From Eledone cirrhosa (lineage: Eukaryota): a stretch of DNA of 64,000 nucleotides. The stretch is taken from NCBI GenBank assembly GCA_964016885.1, contig OZ024757.1, forward strand, positions 27,528,001-27,592,000, written 5' to 3'. The translations under genes were made by a program, and so were the position numbers. Of this stretch, positions 23,370 to 36,336 are shown piece after piece. Under the pieces are notes generated by a model, which was given only the letters and a program-made list of their open reading frames with translations, searched no databases and was not told the origin of the DNA. The first letter of the stretch is position 1; each line of letters begins with the position of its first letter.

Positions 23370-24700
23370 ATCATCATTGTTTATGTCCGTTTTTCTATGC
23401 TTGCATGAGCTGGACAGGTCCTTTTCACCATCTTTCAATTTGCCACATTCCTTTGTCACCTCCTCTGTGTATCTCAGTGATTTCAGATCAGTTCTCTCCA
23501 CTTCTGCCCAGGTCTTTCTTGGTCGATCTCTACTGCAGCTTTGCTCCACTGGGATTTCCTGGCACTTCTTCACCCAGCAATCATCATGCATGTGCATCAC
23601 ATGTCCACACAAATACAATCTTCTCTCCTGTACACCACCTTGGATTCCTCTTAAACCCAGTTTCTCCCTCAGTTCATCCAAGCTCTGCTTTCCTCTCACA
23701 CACTATACATCAAAAGAAGCATGATTGCTTCTTTTCTCTCCAGTCTATGTGTATCCTCTGCAGTCACTGCCGATGTTTCACTATCATGCAACATCACACT
23801 TCATATACTGGCATCATACAGTCATCCTTTCATACATAGGGAAAGAACTTTTTTTGTCAACAGTAGGAGTAGCTCTCTAAATATCTTCCATCCTATCCTT
23901 ACACTTGCTATTATGCTCTCAGAGCACCCTGCTTCCCTGCTGATTTAGTCACCCAGATAGTAGAAGCTATCAACCACTTCTATGGATCCTACAAGTGATT
24001 GAAAGAGGTTTATATTACTGATGCTCTTCTCCTCAATTACTCCTGTGTATCTTCTACATAAAAAGTATTTTCCTGTTAGTTTACTTGTTATCCCACTAAA
24101 TCTCTTGTGTACCCAAGATTTACATTGTGTACATCATATAGAGTTTATGCCTACTCCTTTTCTACATATTAAGCAGGGCCACTTCCCTGAGGGAATCAGG
24201 GTCCTATCTCCTTTCTTACTTACTAGCACTTTAGTTTTGGCTAAGTTTACTCTCAGACCTTTTGAATCCAAATTCTGATTCTATAGTCTAAACTTCCTAC
24301 TCTCACTCTACTGACTGCTACCCCTACATAGTTTGCACCACTCTCACAAGCCATCTTCTACACCTAATTTGCTGAAGCACCACCAGATAATAAATAAATT
24401 GAGGTACTCTGTCAAAGGCCTTTTCCAGATCAACAAAAGCTAAATATAGTGGCTTAATCTTGGCTAAGAACTTCTCTTGTAGGTGCCTCACTAAAAAGAG
24501 AGCATCTGTAGTATTTTTTCCAGGCATGAAACCAAACTATATCTCTTTTTCTAATTAGTTGCACTATAACTCTTTCCGTCACTTTATTAGTTTTATTCCT
24601 CTCTAGTTGATCTAGAGCATCACCTTTGGCCTTGTAGCAATTTCTTTTGAGAATTAGTGATGTCATTTTTAACACTCTCTTCCCTAACAACATTCCGATT
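23370..24700 (-). mobile_element. RTE-clade LINE, decayed 3' half
   Basis: PGKNTTDALFLVRHLQEKFLAK..PLYLAFVDLEKAFDRVP and C-terminal ERRLYLCGHVMHM...RPRKTW. Internal deletions and frameshifts. Confidence 0.85.
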
Positions 24701-24774
24701 CACACTAACAAATAATAATATGCCATTTGTGTTTGTATATTTGTGTTTGTACATTTGTGTTTGTATATTTACAT

Positions 24775-27560
24775 ACATCATCATCATCATCGTTTAACGT
24801 CCATCTTCCACGCTTGCATGGGTTTGGATGGGAGTTTTCCCACTTGAGGCAAGAGTGGTTGTCGTGCTCGCATAGGACTGTCTGGCGGGTTTTCTACGGC
24901 TGGATGCCCTTCCTAACACCAACCACGTTTACAGTGTGGACTGGGAGGTTTTTACCGTGTTACCTACACGGCCACATTACAGCGTGGACTGTGTGTTTTT
25001 TTGTCGTGACACCTACACGACGTCATTTGTTTCGGACTGGATGTTGTGGTACCAACATAACTTAACATTTAAGGGGGCGGTGTAGATGGGGTGGGGGTAG
25101 TGGGACGGGGGTGTATTTTGTTAGAGGTGCCTACTGACTGTAGGTTTCGCTTTGTACTTAGGCAAGGCGGGTCTTCTGTATAACTGTGTAGTGCCAAAGA
25201 TCTCGGTCCAATGACATTGTCTTGGAGAGGTGTAAGTGTGTGAGGTCGGAATTTATCAAGTCGTCCCAGGTTTTTCTGGGTCTGCCTACTCCGTGGCTAC
25301 CGTCTATTTTTATTGCCCTGCACTTTTTTATACAACTGTCGTCTTTCATGCGCATCATGTGACCATACCAACGTAGTCTTCTCTCGAGTAAACAACATCT
25401 GATCCCTCTTATTCCTCATTTTTCCCTTAGTTCGTTTATGCTTTGCCGTTCACGTATATTACTATTACACATCCAGCGGAGCATGCAAGCTTCATTCCTC
25501 TCCAGTCTGCGTATATCCTCTGCACACAATGCCCAGGTCTCACTGCCATGTAACATTGCTGTTCGTATGCAGGCATCATACAGCCTACCTTTCATTTTTA
25601 GAGAGAACCCTTTAGCGGCTAATAGTGGTATAAGCTCTCTGAACTTTTTCCATCCTGTTCTGACTCTAGCTACTGTACTTTCAGAGCACCCTCCACCACT
25701 GCTGATTTTGTCACCCAAGTAACGGAAGGTGTCCACTATTTCTATAGAACCATCTGTGCAATGGAATGAGCTAGTATTCTGTGGGCACTTGCTGCTACTT
25801 ATTGCACCAGAGCACCGGTCACATATAAAATCTATGTTCTTAGTTAGCTTACCTGTGATCCCACTACATCTTTTATGCACCCATACTTTGCATTTGGGAC
25901 ATAAAATGGAGTTTCTACCTACTCCTTTCCTACACACTGAGCATGGCCATTTCTCGGATGGAACCGGTGCCCTATTTTCCTTCCTACAAACTAGAACTTT
26001 AGTCTTAGACAGGTTAATTTTAAGGCCTTTTGATTCTAGGCCATGCTTCCATGTTTGGAATTTCTTCTCTAGTTCAGCCATTGATTCAGCTATGAGCATT
26101 AGATCATCTGCGTATAGGAGTTCCCATGGGCAGCCGGTCTTGAACTCCACTGTTATAGCCTGAAGGGCAATAATAAATAGTAGGGGGCTAAGAACGGAGC
26201 CCTGATGAACACCAACTTTTATGCTAAACTCTTCACTATATTCGTTGTTAATTCTAACCTTGCTGACTGTTTCTTTATACATGGCTTGTATAGCTCTCAC
26301 AAGCTATTCATCAACACCTAGTTTTCTAAGAGCCCACCAGATAATGGAACGGGGTACTCTGTCAAAGGCTTTCTCCAAGTCGACAAAAGCTAAGTATAGG
26401 GGTTTACTTTTAGCTAGGTACTTCTCCTGTAGTTGTCGTACAATGAAAAGAGCGTCTGTGGTACTTTTACCTGACACAAACCCGAACTGCATTTCATCTA
26501 GATCAATTCTCTCTCTGATTAGTTGCGCTATTACTTTTTCTGTGACCTTCATGACCTGGTCGATTAATTTAGTTACCCCTATCTAGGGCATCTCCTTTAC
26601 CTTTGTAGCAGTTAATGATGATGCTGCTACGCCAGTCCTTCGGAACAACCCCATTCTGTATGACTTGGTTTACTATCCGGGTGACCATGGTGTGTCCCAC
26701 CGTTCCAGAAGCTTTCAGCATTTCAGCAACTATTTCCGAAGGCCCAGCTGCCTTACCCGTCTTCATATCTTTGATTGCCTTACTTATTATACTACCTTCG
26801 ACTAACACTGCTGGTCCCTCTATTGGATCGATGTGGGGGAGACTGTCTTTCTCCCATTTATTCTCCTCATTTAGTAGCCTTTCGTAGTGACACTTCCAAG
26901 CTACCCTTTTATCAGTGTCAGTGATGGCAAGTACACCATCATCATTAAGGACACACTTCTCCCTGACAATATCACGGTTTTCCTTGACACATTGCCTAGC
27001 AATCCTGAACACCTCAGGTTTTTGGTCCTCGCGTTGTAGAACATGCTTGAACTTTCTTTCCTCTGCTTCCCTTCTTGCGAAGTACACTTGTCTCCTAGCT
27101 TCCCTCCTGGCCACTTGATAGTCTTCTCTACTTCCGCCATACTTTCCAAGCCTGCTTTTTGGCCTTAATTGACTCCTCCACCTTACTGTTCCACCACCAC
27201 GTTACTCTCCTCCTGCCTATAGGCCTGCTCCAGCCACAGACTTCGTCTGCCGCCATCAGCAGGTTTGCTTTCAGGAATTCCCACTGTTCTTCTATATTGT
27301 ACGACTCTAATTGCTCTTCCTTACTGTCGAAAGCATCAAGTAATATGCTTTTAAATTTATTACTGGCTGTGGGGTCCTTTAGCTTCCATATTTTTCTCCT
27401 GAGGATAGTCCTCTTCTGTTGTCAAGTACGTCTCGTCCTGACTATGAGGTCGCTAATTATCAGTCTATGTTGGGATTCTTTATGGGGGAGGGATTTAGTG
27501 TTTACAACAGACACTCTGTCACGTCTTCTGGTAAGGATATAATCTACCTGGCTGGTACAC
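24775..27560 (-). mobile_element. RTE-clade LINE, 5'-truncated (about 2.8 kb)
   Basis: ORF pieces 26569-27114, 26304-26552, 25416-26300 and 25158-25358 contain AFVDLEKAFDRVP, GVHQGSVLSPLLF, LLYADDL, a Cys/His finger, GSETW and GRPRKTW. The 3' UTR ends in a (GAT)n tail. Confidence 0.92.
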
Positions 27561-28412
27561 AAAATGTATTTCCTAACTCAGTCATGTTTCTACAATAAGA
27601 AGTTCACTTTTTCATCTCAAGTTCCTGGGTTCTAACCCTATATTGTCCCTATAAAGTGTTATTTCTCCAAAGTTACTCATACATTTAATCATGTATGTCA
27701 TTTGTACATATATGCTGAACATTTGTGTAATTATATCCTTCTTCTTTTTCGTCCACTTATTCCTGAGAGGGTCGTGGGAGCAGAATCCTCAAACACTCCT
27801 TTCAGTAGGTCCTGTCAGAAGCAACTGTCTTCAACTGATCTAGCTGGATCTCCAAGCATGAATGTTATCCAACCATCTTGCTTGGGTTCTACCCCTGGGT
27901 CTCCTGCTGGTTGGTTTTGCCCATAAAATCAGTCCAGCGATTCTTTCCTGAGACATTCTAACCACAAGCCCATAATAATTATATCCTAGAAATAAATTAT
28001 TAATATCTCATTCTTATCTTTAATAACTTCAGTAGTCAATGTATACTATAAGGTTTCTTTTATGCAAACCATTAATTTATCAAAGTAGTAATTTCCCAGT
28101 TTGTATGATTGTTCATATATCCAATAATCCTAGTATATATGGCATACCTATCCTAGACTCCCAAATTTAAATATGTTCAACTCTATTGCCATTGTGGATT
28201 GGCAGTATCGGTAGAGGGTCGGACACCATGCTTTGCAGCAAAGAGTTATGGCCCTTTATGGTCTGAGTTCAAATCCCGCCGAGGTTAACTTTGCCTTTCA
28301 TCCTTATGGGGTTGATAAAATAAAGTACCAGTAATGCACTGGGATAATTGCTGGCCTTGTGCCAAAAGTAGAAATAATTATTATTGACAGCATTGGTTCA
28401 CTAGTTTATATA

Positions 28413-28489
28413 CAGGGTGTCCCCAAAAATGTATACACACATTTATTAGAATGCTATTGAAATGTGTATACATTTTTGGGGACACCCTG
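28413..28489. mobile_element. Tc1/mariner-type MITE (77 bp)
   Basis: TA-CAGGGTGTCCCCAAAAATGTATACAC ... TGTGTATACATTTTTGGGGACACCCTG near-perfect TIRs. Confidence 0.8.
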
Positions 28490-30703
28490 TTCTCAAAATA
28501 AATCATATATGTGATATTTGATGTATGCAATAAATAATTAAATATATTATATACATACACATACCTCCTGTTTTAGCTAACTGCATTTCCTATTGTTAAC
28601 TCAGTTATGAAAGATAGCTACAGGTACTTCTTTTTCTCATAAGACAGTAGATATATGGGTTTTCCCAGGTAATATATGGGTTTTCCCATAGTAATAGTGA
28701 TGAACTAACATGTTAGAAATAGCAGTCAAATCTTCCTCAAATCTCACCTCAATGTCTTTTAAAAAAAAATGTTAATCCTTTAGCATTTAAACTGGTCATA
28801 ACCAGCCAGAATTCTCTCACCTCTTTCTGTTCGAACTGGCTGTAACCAGCCACTCATATTGATGTTGAGGTATTGTTCTCAAAATAAATCATATCAAAAT
28901 CTCATAGATTCGATATTATGTGAGGTAATGCTTTTGCCACAAAATTATATTAGTAATGTCAATTCTAAAGGGCTGAAATACCCCTAAAAAGAAGGAATAG
29001 TTACAGTTGGAATACCTTTGATCATGAGTATGCCCAATCATTGTTGACCAAGGGCTAAATAACAATAACTGTGGGGAGTTTATCAGTTGAAGTAGGGAAG
29101 TCAAGGGAGATATTTTGCAGGGCCTAGTGGTTATGATGTTAGGTTCAGGATTATAAGGTGCTAGGTTTGATTCCCAAACCAGGTGATGTGTTGTCTTTGA
29201 ACAGGGCATTTCATTTCATGTTGCCCCAGTTTACTCAGCTGAAGATGAGTACCTGTGGAAGTTGGGGGTTAGCCCTATGGTAGGCTGTCTTGTACTCTCA
29301 GTCACTTAATGTTCATGAAATGTGATAAGCTCTGGGTTTTATCGAACATGTGCAAAACGATAACTCTGTGTGTGAAAGAGAGAGAGAGAGCATTGTGAAG
29401 ATAGGAAGCTACTGAATACAAAGATTCTTATCAGGAACCATTTATATGTCTAGGAACTGCTAATCTTTTAACAGAAGACTTCTCAGATTAATTTATACAT
29501 GTCTAAAGATGACAACAGCAGCAATATATCAGTGAATGAACCAATAATGGAGCTTTTATTTGCTTACAGAACCAGATACAAATAGCAGCCAATTCTCCCT
29601 CAAATTGCACTGCCTCCCTGCATGTCATGAGAGGCAACAAAAAGGGTTGGTTCCAGGAGGGATATCTGGACATAAACATTGCTTCAACAAGGACTCTATG
29701 ATGTGGATGAAGCCTGTTATGGGGCCTTAGAGCCTGCTCAGCTAACCCTTGCTTTAGCAGGGAAAATAACTTTAAAAGGCTTCTTTTCTCTCCTTCACAA
29801 CCCCACTCTTATAAGTTCTGAAAAGGGTCATGGATTCCGCTCTTTCTTCCCCGACTAAACAGTTAAAAGACTAAGAACCTAGTATACTATTTCAAAACAA
29901 CAACAAAATAATAATGGTTTCTTATATAGGCACAAGGCCAGCAATTTGGGGGGGAGGGGAAAGTCGATTAAATCAACGCCAGTGCGTGACTGGTACTTTA
30001 TTTTATCGACCCCCGTAAGGATGAAAGGCAAAGTTAACATTGGCGGGATTTGAACTGAGATCATAAAGGGCCATAACTTTATGCTGCAAAGCACGGCGTC
30101 CGACCCTCTACCGATTCTGGCAATCCACCGCCCTAACAACAACAATAATAATAGATGAAAATAGATAAACAAGCAAAAAAACTCACTCACAAACTTGTAC
30201 ACACTGAAAATTCTGGGTTACCTTATTTATTTGTTAATTTGTTTTTTCTATATTTAATTTCAATACTAATAATAATAACAATAATTATTATTATTATTAT
30301 TATTATTATTATTGTTAAGATTTCTGTTTCCTGCCTGATGTTATCTTATTGTAAGTCATTTATATGTTGGAGGTGTTGTTGATATCTGTAACAGTTGTTG
30401 TTCACATTGTTAAACATATATATGTGTATATATATATATATACACTCACACATACACACATTAGACCAATAGAAACCATCACATTTGTTAAACCTGATAA
30501 TGATGTGAGGAGATATGAAGGCTCCATTAAGTGTGTGAGTGTTTGTGTGTGGGCATGTGAGTGGGTGTGCGCATGTGAGTGGGTGTGTGCATGTGGGTGT
30601 GTGAAAAGTTTACTATGCCTACTATTTGACCCTGATTCTATGTGATATAGATGTGAGTGTGTGTATGTATATATATATTTTTATATATACAAATGAGTGT
30701 GTG

Positions 30704-30817
<114 letters not shown>

Positions 30818-33800
30818 GTTTATGTTCTATAACATTGATAAAATAAGTACCAGACTTCAAAATAATAAGTACTGGAGTCATTATAGCAATAAGTTGGTAC
30901 TCCAGCATGGCCAATGTCTACTGACTGAAACAAGTAAATGAATAAAAGATATATCTATTCCAACACTTAGCATAGAAAATGGATGTTGAATTATGATGAA
31001 ATTTCATATTTTTGTATTTCACAAGTGATTGTTAATACAGTATTTAAATAAAGTTATTAGATTCTACATTTTTTTTTTGTATCGAGGTGGGTGAAAGGTT
31101 ATGTCTTAGAGGTTAGGGTATTGTGTTGAGCTCATGATCATAATGTTGTAGGTTCAATTACCAGTAACACATTGTGTTCTTGTGTAAAACATTTATTTCA
31201 CATAGTTCTAGTTAACTCAGCTGAGAATGGGTACCACACCACCACAAGCAGTAACAGCAGCTAGGGTTTTATGGAATGAAAGCTGGATAAACTCTGGACT
31301 AATAAACCTCAAGAGAGATTTTTTAAAAGCCTTTTTGATACCAATTTGCCTAAAACCACCTCTGGGTTTGTTATATACAGCTGTTTATTTTGAAGTGTTT
31401 ATGATTATCTAAAAGCTTTTCTTCATAATTTTATTTAAGAACCTTTCTCGAGTTTTGTTCCAAAAACCAACTTAATAATGAGAAACTGGGTTAGGTTACT
31501 AAACTACAGGGTCCTCCTTAACACTCGATGGTGTCAAAGGGGCACTGTCCTAACATGAAGAATGACCTGCTGTTTGGAAACCTATGTATGGAAATCTGTT
31601 GTTTGTGCGTCTGTTTATGTGTGTGTGTCTATGTTCACACCGATTAACAACCAGTGCTATTTGTATAAATCCCATAACTTAGCCTTTCAACAAATAGAGA
31701 CTAATAAAATAAGTATCAAATTTAAAAATTGAATATTTACTAGGGTTTATATAATTGGCTAAAGCTTTGCCTTTCATTCTTACGAGATTGATAAAATAAA
31801 ACACCAGTAATGCACTGGAGTCAATTTAATCAACTTCCCCTCCCCTTCAAATTGCTGGCCTTGTGCCTAAAGTAGAAACAATTCTTCTTCTTATTATTAT
31901 CGTTCTCATTTTCTAAATTCTCATCTCTCTGTGGCTCAGAGAAAGCAAATCTGTTGCCAATTTGAAGATAGTACAATTGTTTATACCTGTTAATGTTGGC
32001 GGGTGGTATGATGATTGTGGTGGTTGGGTGACATGTGTTGTGGTTTTGAGGCTGATGGTGGTGGGTGGCAGTAGTGGTGGGGTGTGTGACTAATTGGCAG
32101 GTACAAACAATAGTTTGTTAGTCTGCCAAAATGTCTTTCTTAAGTGAAAGCTTAACTGGAAACCAACAACAAAGAAATACACCACCACCATCAGCAACAA
32201 CATGGATGCCAACACCACCACCACAATTAACGATAACACCATTACAACCACCAACACCACTACCAAGAAAGGAACCTCTATGTGGTTGCTTGATTTGCAA
32301 GAAATAGCAATCAGATCCTCCTCATATCATATCTTACTATCTTTTTAAAAAAAAGGGGATGAACACTGAATAATGTGTTCTTAGATATATGTATGTATGG
32401 TCCCATAACTCCTGGTAGAGTCATTTGGGCACTGTATTGTCATACAGTGTTTCTTGGGCATTTTAAACGTGGCGAAGCCCATCCCCCTCTAGGCCTGAGT
32501 ACAGCAGATTTCTTCCAGATAAAAAGTGAGAGAGGGGAAATGAGAAAGAGATATAGAGGAAGAATCAACCCCAGTACTAGACTGGTACTTTTTTTTATCG
32601 ACCTCGAAAGGATGAAAAGCAAAGTTGACATTAGAGGGATTTGAACTCCGAGAGCAGACTGCCGAACGAATACCATAAAGCATTCTATCTGGTGTTTTAA
32701 TGGCTCTACCAATTCACTGCCTCTTACATATATATTGTATATGAAACACACAAAAAAAAAACAACAGGTTGGTCATGGGTGGAGTGTCGTTTGAACAGTA
32801 CTCACTGTAAATGAGGTTGGTGTTAGGAAGGCCATCCAGCTTTAGAAATCAAACCAAAATCAGTTCTGTATGAGGAAGACATGGTCACCTGACCTGGCAT
32901 TGCCCACAACAGGACAACCCGTCTAACCCATGCCAGCATGGAAGAATGGACATAAAATGGCGATGATAGTAACTAATTACACAGCAAGTGACACATTCTC
33001 ACTGAAAATCCTAGTTTGTCACCAACCATTGTTGCTGGCTTGCATGTTCGTCACTTGAGACATTTTGCGTTTGGAGAAACTGTTCATGATGAGAGGAGTT
33101 TGTAAACTGACCTTGTTACTCAATACTGCACACTGACCTTGTTACTCAATACTACATTAAAAGATATTTTATAATGGTCTAGTGGTTAAAGTTATGAATA
33201 AATAACTACATTCTAGGCTATATTTGTGTGTTTGTAGAGTGTACGTGTGCAATGCAGTAATGAAGTTTGTGAGTGTGCATTGCAATATTAAATTAACCCT
33301 TTAGCATTTAAACCAGTTGTTTCCTGCCAGAATTCTCTCACCTCTTTCTGTTCAAAAAGGCTGTTCATACTGATGTTAAGATATTGTTCTCAAAATAAAT
33401 ATCACCAAAATCTCATAGATTCTATATTATGTTACATAAAGCCTTTATTGTGAAAATACAATAGTAAATATAGTGTAATGTGAATGCTACATTAAAAGAT
33501 ATTTTTTAATGGTCTGCTGGTTATTGTTATGAATAAGTAACTACATTCTATGCCATATCTGTGTTTGTATTGTGCTTATATACAGTGAAATAGTAGCGTG
33601 TACATATGCAATGCATTAATAAAGTGTGTGCAAGCGTGCGCGTGTGTGTGTATACATTACAGTAGTGAACGTATGGATGTATGTGTGAAGTAATAAAATC
33701 ATGATTGCAGTGGTAAAGAGTTTTTGTGTGTACAACGAAGTATTAAATTGTGGGTATGTGTGCAATGTAGTAATAAAGTGTGTGTATACTAGTATGCATG

Positions 33801-35854
33801 CAATAGTTATATGTGTGTATGTAGTGCAGCTGTAAAGTGTGTATATGTGTGTGTGCAGTGCAGTTGTAAAGTGTGAGTGTATATGTGTGTAATGTGTGTA
33901 TATATATATATATGTGTGTGTGTGTGTATGCAGTGCAGTTCTAAAGTGTATATGTATATGTGTGTATATATATATATGTGTGTGTGTATATGTGTATGTG
34001 CAGTGCAGTAGTAAAGTATGTGTATATGTATATATATATATATATATGTGTGTATATGTGTGTATGCAGTGCAGTTTTAAGATGTGTGTATATATATGTG
34101 TGTGTATATATATATATATATATGCATGCATGTGTATGTGTGCAGTTCTGTAATAAAATATCTCAAACTATGTCACAATGCAATCATACTAAATTCCCCC
34201 TAGTTTTTATATGTTATCCCAGTACAGTTTAGTGGATGACCTTTGCATGTTGACCTTTTTTTAACATATCTCTACTTCCTCTCATCTTCCCCCAATCCAC
34301 CCAAACCACCATAACCTCTTTCTATGTTTTTGTAAGGAACCAAGATGATACAGCTGACATCTTTCTAACTTTCTTTTGCCACTTCCTCCCCTCCTTTCTT
34401 ATCTTTTGCTATTTTATATATAATATAATGAAATTATTGTGTACAATGCTCAGGTATACTACAACTCATCAAAGGTGCATGTATAGCAATTGCAAGCATT
34501 ATATGGCAGTAGCGGTAGAGCGTTGGACACCATGCTTTGCAGTATAGTTTTACGGCTCTTTATGGTCTTAGTTCAAATCCCATTGAGGTTGACTTTGCCT
34601 TTCATTCTTATGGGGACAATAAAATAAAGTATCAGTAACACACTGGGGTCGATTTAATCGACTTTACCCTCTCCTTCAAATTGCTGGCCTTGTGCCTAAA
34701 ATAGAAACTGTTAGAGGGCGGTGGATTGGCAGTACTGTAGAGCGTTGGACACCATGCTTTGCAACATAGAGTTGTGGCCCTTTACGTTCTGAGTTCAAAT
34801 CCTGCCACGGTTAACTTTGCCTTTCATCCTTACGTGGTCGATAAAATATAGCACCAGTAATACACTGGGGTAATTGCTGGCCTTGTTTAAATGCTAAAGA
34901 GTTAAGATATATCTCCATAGACACATGTACCATTAAGGTAGATGTCGGGAAGATTTAGCATGACACTGTGTGTAACAAACAAGGCTTGTCTTTTGAAATA
35001 CAGGTATACCCTTAAGCTATATCTCTACAGACACATGTACCATTAAGGTAGTTCTCAGGAAAATTCAGCAAGACACTGTGTAACAAACAAGGCTGGTCTT
35101 TTGAAATACAAGTATGACTTATTCTTTATTTTTAGCTGAATGGACTGGAGCAATGTGAAATAAAGTATCTTGCTCAAGAACACAACAACACACTGTTTGG
35201 AATTGAGCTCATGACCTTATGATTGCAAGTCAAACACCCTAACCACTAACAATATTTGAAATTTTATTTTTGTTATTTTATTTTTTCCCCCTTTTCTCTT
35301 TTTTTATTTTTATCATAGTTTTTAGTTTCTTTTTCTTTTATTTTTTATTACTTGCCTCACTTGCTCTTTTTAGTACCAACTGTAAGGAGTTCTTGATACT
35401 TCCCCGACTCTGTCATGGCTTACTAGCTCTATCTAAAGTCTGTCTTAAGCCAGAAGGCTCATTTGGCTGGTGTTTACCCCGGTTTCATGGCGTGAAACAA
35501 CTGAGAGTACAAGACTTCCTCCTGAACAGGACACCAGTCCATCGCAGGGTTAAATACCCATCTATTGCTGGTACTCATTTTCAGCTGAGTATACTGGAGC
35601 CACGTGGAATGAAGTGTTTTGCTCAAGAACACAACTTGCGACCCAGGAATCGAACCCACAATATTATCATCTTAAGTCCAACACCCTTATCACTAGGCCA
35701 TGTGCCTCCACTAGCTCTATACGGATGTTTAAATTGAACGAATAAATAAATAAATAACAAATTGAGAGACCATATTGAGACTCTATTGTTAGATGTGCTA
35801 CCTCATTTTTGTTGTTTGCTGATTATATTTTAAACTGTTCTGCTCCATTTCCAG

Positions 35855-36018
35855 GTCTGGATGATGTGGTACTGCCCTATGTACAGTATTTCTTAAACAG
35901 TGGCGTTGATGGTAAAAAACTGTTTATGATGTCCAATTTTGACCTGGAGAAACTCAACGTCACCAAGATTGGTCACCAGGAATTGATCCTAGAATCTGTT
36001 GGATTATTGTTAACATTG
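35855..36018 (+). CDS. CNKSR2: CNK exon 2 (SAM domain)
   Basis: CCAG acceptor, GLDDVVLPYVQYFLNSGVDGKKLFMMSNFDLEKLNVTKIGHQELILESVGLLLTL, GTAAGC donor. IGHQELILE is the CNK SAM signature. 164 nt, phase 1 to 0. Confidence 0.95.
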
Positions 36019-36336
36019 GTAAGCTGTTTATTATTGGTTGTTTGGGATTTTTTTTAAATGCTTGTTTTTTTTTTTAAATTTTTGTTATAACCTTTTTTTA
36101 TTGCGAAGAAAAACCCACGCTATATATATATATATAGCGTGGGTATTTTTTTTTTATGACCATGCTGTAAAATGGAGGGGTCTAGTAAGACATCCTCTCT
36201 AGTGCTGGTGGCACAAATAAAAGTACCCATTCCATGCTGTAAAGTGGCACTGGTGTTAGAAAGGGCATCCAACCAGTGTATCAATGCCAAAACGCTTATT
36301 AGCACAGCAACAAATAGATAGGAACAACAACAAAAT

